A stretch of DNA of 36,682 nucleotides. It comes from a virus. The translations under genes were made by a program, and so were the position numbers. The notes below the pieces were generated by a model. It made no database searches. It was not told the DNA's origin and saw only the letters and a list, made by a program, of their open reading frames with translations. Below are positions 1 to 7,400 of the stretch, piece after piece. Location: IMG/VR virus record IMGVR_UViG_3300006217_000225; one strand, given 5' to 3'. Positions within the stretch are counted from its first letter, which is position 1. Every line of letters starts with the position of its first letter.

Positions 1-77
1 AGACTTGATAATCGTTGGAATCCAGCTGTTTTATGGCGTATATCATGCGGGTTCGAATCCCGCTGGGGGCACCGATG
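1..77. repeat. Terminal direct repeat copy 1 (att core or assembly overlap)
   Basis: agacttgataatcgttgg...gctgggggcaccgatg is identical base for base to 36606-36682. Confidence 0.95.
47..73 (+). other. tRNA 3'-end fragment inside the att core (T arm + 3' acceptor strand), not a complete tRNA
   Basis: GCGGG-TTCGAAT-CCCGC is a T stem-loop (47-63). It is followed by TGGGGGC (64-70), discriminator A71 and CC (72-73). No D arm or anticodon arm can be drawn upstream. Confidence 0.75.
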
Positions 78-82
78 AGACA

Positions 83-110
83 CGCTGGAAACAGCGGGTT
101 TTCCCTTTTT
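83..110 (+). terminator. Intrinsic terminator directly after the tRNA-like end
   Basis: CGCTG-gaaa-CAGCG hairpin (83-96) followed by ggTTTTcccTTTTTT. Confidence 0.6.
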
Positions 111-133
111 TCCCAACGATTTCCACTGATTGT

Positions 134-201
134 GATTTAGGTGGATTTAGGGTGTTTCTGGCTGTTTTGGGGGCAAAGTGTGGGCAAAATGTGGGCAGCA
201 T
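134..201 (+). repeat. Candidate integrase/accessory arm-type sites (P' side)
   Basis: gatttagg occurs twice, 10 bp apart (134-141, 144-151). Three phased 11-bp units follow: gggggcaaagt / gtgggcaaaat / gtgggcagcat (169-201). Confidence 0.5.
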
Positions 202-253
202 GGCATGGCTGCTAACATTGGTGGAAACATGCCATTGGTAGGAGAGTGTCAGC

Positions 254-610
254 ATGGCGAAGATCGTGATCAATACCCTGTCACGGGTCGGCGCATCCGA
301 CCTGACTTTGAGCCCAGATGGAATCGACGCGCTAAGGGACAAATTCGGTGTCACCCTGCCATCGGACTATTTCACCCGCGATCGTCGCGACGACCCGATG
401 CTGCTATGGCTGCTCGAATCATATCCCACTGAGGCGGAGTATATGAGCGATGATGCATACGAAGTCGAGCAACTGTGCCTGGAGGACATGTTTGAATCTG
501 AATCCGCCGGTTTGCGTATCGTCCAAGTCCGAGACCACTGGCTGATAGAAGATGATGGCGAGGGCGGCGAATATGTCGTCACATCGGACACTCCGATTGA
601 GATAGTTTGA
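254..610 (+). CDS. Hypothetical acidic 118-aa protein; stand-alone cargo (moron-like) gene next to att
   Basis: ATG preceded by AGGAGA. Its own bidirectional terminator follows. It is the only plus-strand gene on this side and converges on the lysis genes. No motif recognised. Confidence 0.65.
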   Translation: MAKIVINTLSRVGASDLTLSPDGIDALRDKFGVTLPSDYFTRDRRDDPMLLWLLESYPTEAEYMSDDAYEVEQLCLEDMFESESAGLRIVQVRDHWLIEDDGEGGEYVVTSDTPIEIV

Positions 611-614
611 TACT

Positions 615-661
615 AAAAAACAGCCCCGCTTCCGCGATCTACGGAAACGGGGCTTACTTTT
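615..661. terminator. Bidirectional intrinsic terminator between convergent genes
   Basis: gccccgcttccg (623-634) pairs with cggaaacggggc (642-653) with 1 mismatch. A-run lies upstream and T-rich sequence downstream, so it can act on both strands. Confidence 0.75.
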
Positions 662-670
662 AGGTCTGCA

Positions 671-946
671 TCAGACCTTGCGGCTTGGATTGTAGGCGAC
701 ACCGAATCCGGCGGCCAATAGTCCAGCGCAGGTGGCGATTGTGGCTCCGAGTGTCTCGTAGTGGTAGGCGAGGCACACGACACTGACGATCTGCGCGATC
801 AGGCATACCACGTAGATGATCGTCCGCACAGTCGGGTCGAATACCGGACGGTAAGGATCCGCGCCTCCACCGGGCAGGCTGTCTGGTAGCGGCTGGTCCG
901 CGTCGTCGTAGGTGTGGCTGGTGTCGTCAATGGTCTCGTTGCTCAT
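671..946 (-). CDS. Small membrane protein with 2 TM helices, putative holin
   Basis: The internal ATG at 946 lies 4 nt after the endolysin stop and has a GGTGAG RBS. The N-terminus is acidic. Two hydrophobic helices are present (TIIYVVCLIAQIVSVVCLAY, ATIATCAGLLAAGFGVAY). Holin-after-lysin order is common in actinophages. Confidence 0.5.
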   Translation of the reverse strand: MSNETIDDTSHTYDDADQPLPDSLPGGGADPYRPVFDPTVRTIIYVVCLIAQIVSVVCLAYHYETLGATIATCAGLLAAGFGVAYNPSRKV

Positions 947-950
947 GGTC

Positions 951-1787
951 TCACCATCCCATCTTGCGGTTGACGATGGCCTGCACGGCCGCATAATTCG
1001 CTCCCAGACGGCGCTGGCGCTCCGCACCGTTACCATATTCGCCACGGATGACCGCATCCGCGAGCGCGTTGAGGTCGACGTTCGGGCTGGGGGTGGATGC
1101 GCCGAGGAGCTGGTTGACTCGGGTCTGGACGGCGTTCGCGTCGTATCCGGCGTTCTTGAGGCGTGTCATGCGGTCGTTGCCGTTGCCCCACTGGCCGGCG
1201 ATGACCTCGCGTGCGACTGTCTCGACGCTCTTCTTCGCGGGCGTGGACGGCTTGGCCGGGGCAGACGCGGCGGGTTTGCTGCCGGTCATCTTGTCGTACC
1301 ATTCCTGGGCGCGGCGCATGTAGGCGTCACGCTGGCTGCCGGCGATGGATGCGGGGCATTCGGTGGCGGAGAAATCCTTGTGATAGAAGACATTGCGCCC
1401 GTATTCAGGTCGGCCGAGACCGTAGAATTTGCAGACGGCGGCGGTCAGGTGGGCCCCGTTGTCGAGGCAGGCGTCCGCGATTCGCCACGGGTTTGTGGAG
1501 ATGTCGGCGTGTTCGATGCCGATGCTCGTGGTGTTAGCTTCCCAGTTGCCGGCGTGCCATGCGGTGTCCGAGTCCCATACGTGCTGGCTGATGACGCCAT
1601 TGGAGTCGACCTGGTAGTGCGCGGATGCCTGACGGGTCTGCCATACGTTGTAGCAGCCCTGTCCGGTGAGGTTGCCGCCGTTGTGGTGCAGGACGACCTT
1701 GTCGATCTTCCGGCCGTCACGGCCTCCGGTGAAATGCTTGTCGAGGATAAGGTTGATGTCCGCCTCGAGCTTGTCCCAATTCTTCAT
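951..1787 (-). CDS. Endolysin: N-acetylmuramoyl-L-alanine amidase (Amidase_2/PGRP type) + two CW_7 (Cpl-7-like) cell-wall-binding repeats
   Basis: Motifs VVLHHNGG, AHY, AWHAGN, IGIEH and HKDFSATECP are present. There are two C-terminal repeats: GQWGNGNDRMTRLKNAGYDANAVQTRVNQLL and GEYGNGAERQRRLGANYAAVQAIVN. Start chosen at the ATG at 1787, which has an AAAGGAA RBS. Confidence 0.85.
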   Translation of the reverse strand: MKNWDKLEADINLILDKHFTGGRDGRKIDKVVLHHNGGNLTGQGCYNVWQTRQASAHYQVDSNGVISQHVWDSDTAWHAGNWEANTTSIGIEHADISTNPWRIADACLDNGAHLTAAVCKFYGLGRPEYGRNVFYHKDFSATECPASIAGSQRDAYMRRAQEWYDKMTGSKPAASAPAKPSTPAKKSVETVAREVIAGQWGNGNDRMTRLKNAGYDANAVQTRVNQLLGASTPSPNVDLNALADAVIRGEYGNGAERQRRLGANYAAVQAIVNRKMGW

Positions 1788-1809
1788 GGGTTTTCCTTTC
1801 TGATATGGG

Positions 1810-1838
1810 AAGAGCCACAACACACCGTTGTGGCTCTT
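1810..1838 (-). promoter_or_regulatory. Perfect 11-bp stem-loop just upstream of the endolysin RBS
   Basis: aagagccacaa (1810-1820) and ttgtggctctt (1828-1838) flank a 7-nt loop. No U-tract follows on the transcript. Confidence 0.5.
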
Positions 1839-1868
1839 GTGGTTGGGTATGCCTCAAATGGGGCACAA

Positions 1869-2300
1869 TCATTTGTTGCTCTCGGAGTTGAGCTCGTCAG
1901 GGGAGTATGAGGGCATTGTCTGTACCTCGCGGTTGAGTTCGCTGCCGGTGCCGTTGCCACCGAGCGAGTGGTACGCGTCATAAATGCGTTGCACCACACG
2001 TTTCTCGTTCGGTGTCGCCCACCCACGATGCAAGTAGCGTTCGTGCTTGTCGGCGATACGCAGATACGCGAGCTCGATGACCGCGGCACGCAGGATCCGT
2101 TGCGTGGCGCGTAGCGCATCCACCTGCGAGCGCAGTTCAGTCACCCGTCGGTCGAGCTCGTCGAACCGTTCGTCATGGACGACGATTGGGTGCTTCGACT
2201 CCCATCGGGTGAGCATGGTTTTGGCGATGAGGTAGATGATGCCGTTTGATCCGAGGATTGTCGCGACCATCGTCAGCACCTCGACGCTCAGGAATTTCAT
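1869..2300 (-). CDS. N-terminally membrane-anchored coiled-coil protein (lysis-cassette accessory or holin-like, function unknown)
   Basis: GGAGG lies 5 nt upstream of the ATG at 2300. One N-terminal TM helix (LTMVATILGSNGIIYLIA) is followed by a helical, charged region. Confidence 0.6.
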   Translation of the reverse strand: MKFLSVEVLTMVATILGSNGIIYLIAKTMLTRWESKHPIVVHDERFDELDRRVTELRSQVDALRATQRILRAAVIELAYLRIADKHERYLHRGWATPNEKRVVQRIYDAYHSLGGNGTGSELNREVQTMPSYSPDELNSESNK

Positions 2301-2318
2301 GCATACCTCCATCGACGA

Positions 2319-2792
2319 TTACTTGGGGTAGGTGTCTCCTGCGAACCATGGGTGTGGGATTTGTCCGCTCTCGACGAGGCCCGTCAACCGCTCCCAGTCG
2401 GTGGTTGTATAGCAGCCGTGTTCGAGGGGTTCGACCCATGCGGTTTCCGGCGGCCCACCCAGTTCGAGAACCGGATTGACCTCTGTGCCTGAACCGTTCA
2501 CGAGCCATGCGAGCCAATCCTCGCCACGTGCGCATTGCGTGCCACCACGGTATACTTTGAGTGATGCCGTATCCGATTTGCGATAACGCAGATAGTAGAC
2601 GCATGGATTCGCCGTATACCATTCCTTTGTCTCGCCTTGCACGGTGATGGATCTGGCGAATGTCCCCCACCGCTGGCCCTGCAGTGTGACACGCCATACC
2701 CCATTGGTCTGTTGTGTGGCCTCGGTCTTATATACCCGTGGATTACGTATTACGTGTGGGTCCGTGACAAGATTCTGGATCCGACTGTTCAT
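2319..2792 (-). CDS. Minor tail protein, jelly-roll/CBM-like (157 aa)
   Basis: N-terminal NLvtDP motif and C-terminal DWERL...WFAGDTYP motif, both shared with the 182-aa protein. Located after the tail fibre. Confidence 0.45.
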   Translation of the reverse strand: MNSRIQNLVTDPHVIRNPRVYKTEATQQTNGVWRVTLQGQRWGTFARSITVQGETKEWYTANPCVYYLRYRKSDTASLKVYRGGTQCARGEDWLAWLVNGSGTEVNPVLELGGPPETAWVEPLEHGCYTTTDWERLTGLVESGQIPHPWFAGDTYPK

Positions 2793-2826
2793 GCCGCCAC
2801 CCCCAATCGGGTGGCGGACTCGCGGC

Positions 2827-3243
2827 TTACGAATAGTATTCGTCGAAACGTTCTATTACATGGCATTCGTTCATTTCGTCGCTCATCATGAGCGCGAGAC
2901 GCTGGAGTGTGTATGATCCGGAGGTCACGTTGAGCACTAATGGTCCGCGGCCCGAACCGGCCTTGGCTGAATCCAATCGGTAGCCGGCCCTGAATTGCAC
3001 CGGCGTGATCTCGACCGGCCCCGACACCAATCCATTCACCCATACACGCAGCGACGTTTGTGTATTTGCGGTCACTCCCTGCACATAGAGGCTGATTGGC
3101 ACACCCTCCTGCAACGCATCCGAGTCCAAGGAGATGGAGAGTTCCACACGCGTGTCGATCACCAAACCCGGTTTGGGGTTGATCGCATAATTCTTGCAGC
3201 CGCGCACTTGCTGGCCGTTTGTGAGCGTGATGAGGCGGCTCAT
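2827..3243 (-). CDS. Hypothetical tail-associated protein (138 aa)
   Basis: ATG at 3243 sits in an ATGA overlap with the upstream stop. Beta-rich composition. Located in the tail-fibre cluster. Confidence 0.5.
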   Translation of the reverse strand: MSRLITLTNGQQVRGCKNYAINPKPGLVIDTRVELSISLDSDALQEGVPISLYVQGVTANTQTSLRVWVNGLVSGPVEITPVQFRAGYRLDSAKAGSGRGPLVLNVTSGSYTLQRLALMMSDEMNECHVIERFDEYYS

Positions 3244-3788
3244 GCGACCACCTCCAGCTCCAGATGGTGGCGAGCAGCCAGAATGGCAAACCACTCAGCG
3301 GGGGGGGGTGTGTCTATACGGCTGTCACCGTCGAACCATGCGATGCCAGCGTCGAGCATACGCTGCCAGTCGTCGTCAGTCATCACAAACAGCCTGCGCA
3401 CCCAAATTGCGCACCCGGTGGTTGGTCCGACCATGACACGGAATTCCAATTCCCCATCCTCAGGCAGCGTGTTTGGTGGGGTGACCACGCGCCCCGTCTG
3501 ACCGTCCCATATGGCCGGCGTTAATTCAGTGCGTGGCGGCACAACTACACGTAGCAATTTCGTGGGTGCCGCGCCCTGTGGGGCGGACACCTCCACGCCG
3601 AAACGATATTGGCCGGCCGGCAACGATACTTGCGTATACACGTACGAGTCCGCGTTGTCCGCGTTGTTGGTCAAATGCAGACGATTCCCATCGAGCATCT
3701 GCACGCGGACGTCTCTGCTTGACGGGACCACCCAATCTGACGTATCCGTCGGTTTCGGGTCGGGCAGAAGATTGCGGATGTCATTCAT
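3240..3788 (-). CDS. Minor tail protein, jelly-roll/CBM-like (182 aa)
   Basis: N-terminal NLLPDP motif and C-terminal DDDWQRML...WFDGD motif. Contains the C9 tract. Confidence 0.5.
   Translation of the reverse strand: MNDIRNLLPDPKPTDTSDWVVPSSRDVRVQMLDGNRLHLTNNADNADSYVYTQVSLPAGQYRFGVEVSAPQGAAPTKLLRVVVPPRTELTPAIWDGQTGRVVTPPNTLPEDGELEFRVMVGPTTGCAIWVRRLFVMTDDDWQRMLDAGIAWFDGDSRIDTPPPAEWFAILAARHHLELEVVA
3300..3308. repeat. G9 (C9 on the coding strand) homopolymer inside the 182-aa minor tail gene
   Basis: Nine consecutive G at 3300-3308. They encode PPP in ...DTPPPAEW... Confidence 0.9.
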
Positions 3789-3927
3789 GGTGGGCCTCCT
3801 GCAGTTGTGTTTTGAGCGCGTTGATCTGTGCGGTGTACATCGCGATCTGGATGGCCTGCGTTTTGATCTGTTCGGCCAGATTGTTGATTACGGTGTACGG
3901 GTCGAGGCCCTGCGGCTCATCGTTCAT
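3781..3927 (-). CDS. Small 48-aa coiled-coil ORF (absent from the supplied ORF track because it is under 60 aa)
   Basis: My translation: MNDEPQGLDPYTVINNLAEQIKTQAIQIAMYTAQINALKTQLQEAHHE. GAAAGGAA RBS. The stop overlaps the next start as ATGAATGA, and the start overlaps the upstream gene's end. Confidence 0.45.
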   Translation of the reverse strand: MNDEPQGLDPYTVINNLAEQIKTQAIQIAMYTAQINALKTQLQEAHHE

Positions 3928-4456
3928 TGTTGTTCCTTTCTTCGGGCATGAATTGTTGGTAAAACTGTTCCTGCGCCTGATTGAGCGCCGCGGCCGCCGT
4001 ACTGTCTTCCGCGATCGCCATGTCGAACATTGCGGCGACGCTGGTGGCGGTGCTGCGTTTGCTGCGTGCCCGTGCCGGCCGTGTGGTTGTGGTGGCTCCG
4101 AGCGCGCTCAGTGTGCGTTGCTGTGCGGCGGTGAGTGGGTCATTGAGGGACGCCTCGTCGGCGGTCAGCACCATGGTGGGGGCGGCGGTATCCGAGAGTG
4201 CCGCGTCCAATGCCTCGTAGGCGATGGTCCACGGGTTGCGCCCGTCCTCATCGACCTGTTCGGGGGTGGTGGCGGAATCCAGCATGATCTGGATCGTCTG
4301 ACCGGGGGATTGCGATCCGAGTAGTTCACCCCACGCGGCGAGCGCGTCATACGTGGTGTGCAGCACCTGCCCCATGTCCGTGGGCGCACCCTCCGCCTGT
4401 TCGCCCTCATAAGGGATGGTGACCATGATCTGCGTGGCACCGAACTCAGTGTCCAT
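3917..4456 (-). CDS. Hypothetical tail-associated protein (179 aa)
   Basis: AAGGAG RBS upstream of the ATG at 4456. The upstream extension in the ORF track overlaps the fibre gene's end and was discarded. Confidence 0.6.
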   Translation of the reverse strand: MDTEFGATQIMVTIPYEGEQAEGAPTDMGQVLHTTYDALAAWGELLGSQSPGQTIQIMLDSATTPEQVDEDGRNPWTIAYEALDAALSDTAAPTMVLTADEASLNDPLTAAQQRTLSALGATTTTRPARARSKRSTATSVAAMFDMAIAEDSTAAAALNQAQEQFYQQFMPEERNNNER

Positions 4457-4469
4457 TGGGTTCTCCTTT

Positions 4470-7400
4470 TCATGAGCTGATGAGATAGCTGAGGGTGACG
4501 AGGTTGTATCTGACCGCGTTTGATTCATCGAACAGCACGGCGTATTGGGTGGTGTTGACCATCACATGGCGTGGCATGGCGCGCACGATCACTTGGAATG
4601 AGCCGCTTTTCTCATTGCACGTGCTGGCCGACCAGTAGCAGCCGGGCTTATCCGAGTCGAGGCTGACCATGGATTTGTATCGTCCGTAGGCGGGTGGCGT
4701 GACTCCGAATGTGTGAGTGATCTTGGCGTATTCCTTGAGGGTATTTGATGAGTTTTCGCTCCAGCTGGCGACGAATGTCGCACGGCCGTCCATACCGCCG
4801 AGGTACCCACCCAAATGCAGTATCCCTGTTTGACTGTTGGCCAGTATGCCAACTGGTTTTTTGTTATCGACGCTGGCTGACATTTGTAACCATGTGGCCC
4901 CGTTGTTCTGTGCGTCGTCCGCTCGGACAAGGAGCTGTGCCCACGCGTTTGGTTTACGCGCGGCGATCTCTGCTCTACTGCCGTCGCCGCTGGTCTGTGA
5001 CAACGAAAATGAGCTGCGCCATTCACGTCGGCTGGTATCCGGGCTTTTGTGCAGGTAATCGCAGTTTGCGGTCATGTAGACGCTCGCCATCTCGGTTTTT
5101 GTCGACGCGTTGCGTGTTTGGCCGATGCGCATGAACGACCCGAACCCGGTTCCCGCACCGGCCGACCCATCGGTGCGCATACCGCCATTGATGGTGATCG
5201 TGGAGATCGCCCCATACAATGAATCATTTGATTCGGTGGCGATATACGGTGCCATCGCGTAGGTGCCCGACAAGGGGAATGAGATGCCTGAGCCGGTTTG
5301 GTATTGGTCGCTGCCGATGGTTGTTGTGCTGAATTTGGGGCTGATGACGATGCGGTCGCCACTGAGCGCGGTCTGCAATGTGCCGACAAGGATGTTCTCA
5401 TTGCCTTCGCCGTCCAGGTGCACGGTTTTGTCACCATTGGCGTTCCACATGTCGAGTGCGCCGTCACGTAGCTTGAAGCCCTTGTTGTCCTCCGTATGGG
5501 ATTGGAACACAGCGCCGGTGAACACATAGCCGACGAACTGGCCCGACTTGATCTTGTCGCTGGTGATCGTGCCGGACGCGATCTTGTCCGCCGTGATCGC
5601 GAGCGCGGCGATCTTCTCTGCCGTGATGGCGTTCGCGGCGATCTTGTCGGCGTTCACCGCGAGTGCCGCGATCTTCGCAGTGGTGACCGCGTTCGCGGCG
5701 AGCTTGTCGGCGACAACGCTGCCCGCTTTGATCTTGTCTGCGGTGACCGCATTCGCGGCGAGCTTGTCGGCGTTCACCGCATTCGCGGCTAATTTGTCCG
5801 TGGTGATGGCGAGTGCCTTGATTTTCTCCGCCGTCACCGCGTTCGCGGCAATTTTCTCCGCCGTGATGGCGTTCGCGGCCAGCTTGTCCGCGTTAACCGC
5901 GTTGGCGGCGAGCTTATCCGTCGTAATTGCGTTGGCCGCGATCTTCTCCGCCGTGATTGCGAGCGCGGCGATCTTCTCTGCCGTGATGGCGTTCGCGGCG
6001 ATCTTGTCGGCGTTCACCGCGAGCGCCGCGATCTTGGTGGCGGTGACCGCATTCGCGGAGATTTTCTCCGACGTGATGGCGTTGGCCGCGATCTTCTCCA
6101 CCGTTATCGCGTTGGCGGCGATCTTGTCTGCGACGACGCTCCCGGCTTTGATTTTGTCGGCCGTCACCGCGTTGGCCGCGATCTTGTCAGCGTTGACCGC
6201 GTTCGCGGCCAGTTTATCGGTCGTGATGGCGAGTGCCTTGATCTTCTCGGCCGTCACCGCGTTCGCGGCGAGGAGGTCGGTGCTGATGCTGCCGGTCACG
6301 GCGAGGGAGTCGAGGAACAGATAGTAGGAGGTGAATCGTGTGCCGTTCCATACGAGGGTTTCCTCGACCTCGTCAGCGTGTATGACGAGCACGCTCACGG
6401 AATCGTTGGGGGTGCCGAGCCAGTATGTTTCCGGGGACTTGGTGCTGGTGCGCCGCCACACGTCGCCCGGTGTGAGGTTGTCGTGCAATGGTTCGTCGGG
6501 TTGCGTGTAGACGGTGCTTTTCGAGTCGGCCGTGGTCTGCGCGCCAGCGGCTGCGGCCGCGGCGCTGACGGCTTTCGCGTCGGCGTTGGCGGCGTCCTTT
6601 TTGGCTTGTGCCGCCGTGGCCTGAGCTGTGTCGGCCGCCTGCTGCGCCTCCCAGGCTTCGGTGATGTCCTGCAGACGGAAATCGTCCACGTACATGTCGA
6701 CCGGCTGATTGTATGCGAGACGTGCGCGCAGCAAGGGCGTGCTGCTGGTGGCGACCAGATCGCAACTGGAGTACGCCCACCCGTCGCCCGTGGTGGCGCG
6801 TATCTCGGTTTTCGCGTTGGTGTCGGCCCAGTTTTTTCCGTCTGTGGAGTATTGCAGGCGCAGGCCACCGGCGGACGCCGTGCCCATGTTGATGAGTTTG
6901 TACCAGATGCTCAACCGGTAGCGGCGGTCGGTGACCGCGCGCACAGCCTGGGTGCCGATGAGCTCCTTGGTGCCCAGTCCACGGTTGAGGTAGGCTCGGC
7001 GCGACCCGGAGTGCGCGAACTGAGAGGTTTCGACAAACGCCGCCCCGGCCACGTTCGTCGCCCAATAGTCCGTGCCGTGCTCGAAACCGCTGTTGGGTTG
7101 CAGGTCGGCGGCCTGCTGCATGAGGATGTTCGCCGCGGTCTGCGCACTGGTCGCCGCCTGTTGGGCACTAGCCGCGGTCGCATTGGCCTGTGTGGCCACG
7201 CTGGACGCGTTGCCCGCGGTTGTCTTCGCGTCCGCCGCGTCGGTCTTGGCTGCCTCGGCGGCCTTTTTGGCGGTGTCGGCCGTGGTGGCGGCGTTCGTCG
7301 CTGTGGTGATCGCGTCACGCGCCGCGGTCTCGGCCGCCTGCGTCGCCTTGTACGCGCTCGATGTCTGCACTGGGGTCCACGAGAATTGCCCGTTGGAATA

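Noticed and set aside
1-73. A complete tRNA gene (or tmRNA 3' end) at the window edge.
   Set aside because: Only the T arm and 3' acceptor strand are present, and no anticodon or D arm can be folded from 1-46. The acceptor 3' strand TGGGGGC-A does not fit the tmRNA ...UCCACCA end.
671-1057. The 128-aa form of the holin-like ORF, the 290-aa form of the endolysin and other upstream-extended ORF-track starts. These include 2827-3294, 3917-4528, 15147-15788, 25094-26050, 25900-26310, 30610-31038, 31220-31657, 32828-33277 and 33201-33740.
   Set aside because: The extensions overlap the preceding gene. They are compositionally aberrant and lack RBSs. Internal ATG/GTG codons with RBSs or 1-4-nt start/stop overlaps give the expected compact operon structure.
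912-1910. Long plus-strand ORFs antisense to real genes. Examples: 912-1910, 6378-7424, 7884-9197, 9354-10391, 10252-11508, 13724-15079, 17119-18138 and 29204-30622. The minus-strand ORF 34700-36130 is the equivalent case, lying antisense to the plus-strand exonuclease and int genes.
   Set aside because: Their translations are Arg/Gly/Ala/Pro/Val-rich low complexity, typical of open non-coding frames in high-G+C DNA. They lack RBSs. Each fully overlaps an opposite-strand gene with clear motifs and synteny.
5532-6281. A possible CRISPR array, because of regular 30-bp periodicity.
   Set aside because: The units are contiguous with no spacers. They are degenerate in a codon-wise manner and in frame within a 1963-aa ORF. 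No cas genes or leader are present.
5548-6324. A 258-aa, highly hydrophobic, 'membrane-protein-like' ORF on the plus strand.
   Set aside because: It is the antisense reading of the 30-bp decapeptide repeats in the fibre gene. Its periodic (S/A)AVxAFAA pattern is a mirror artefact of the repeat.
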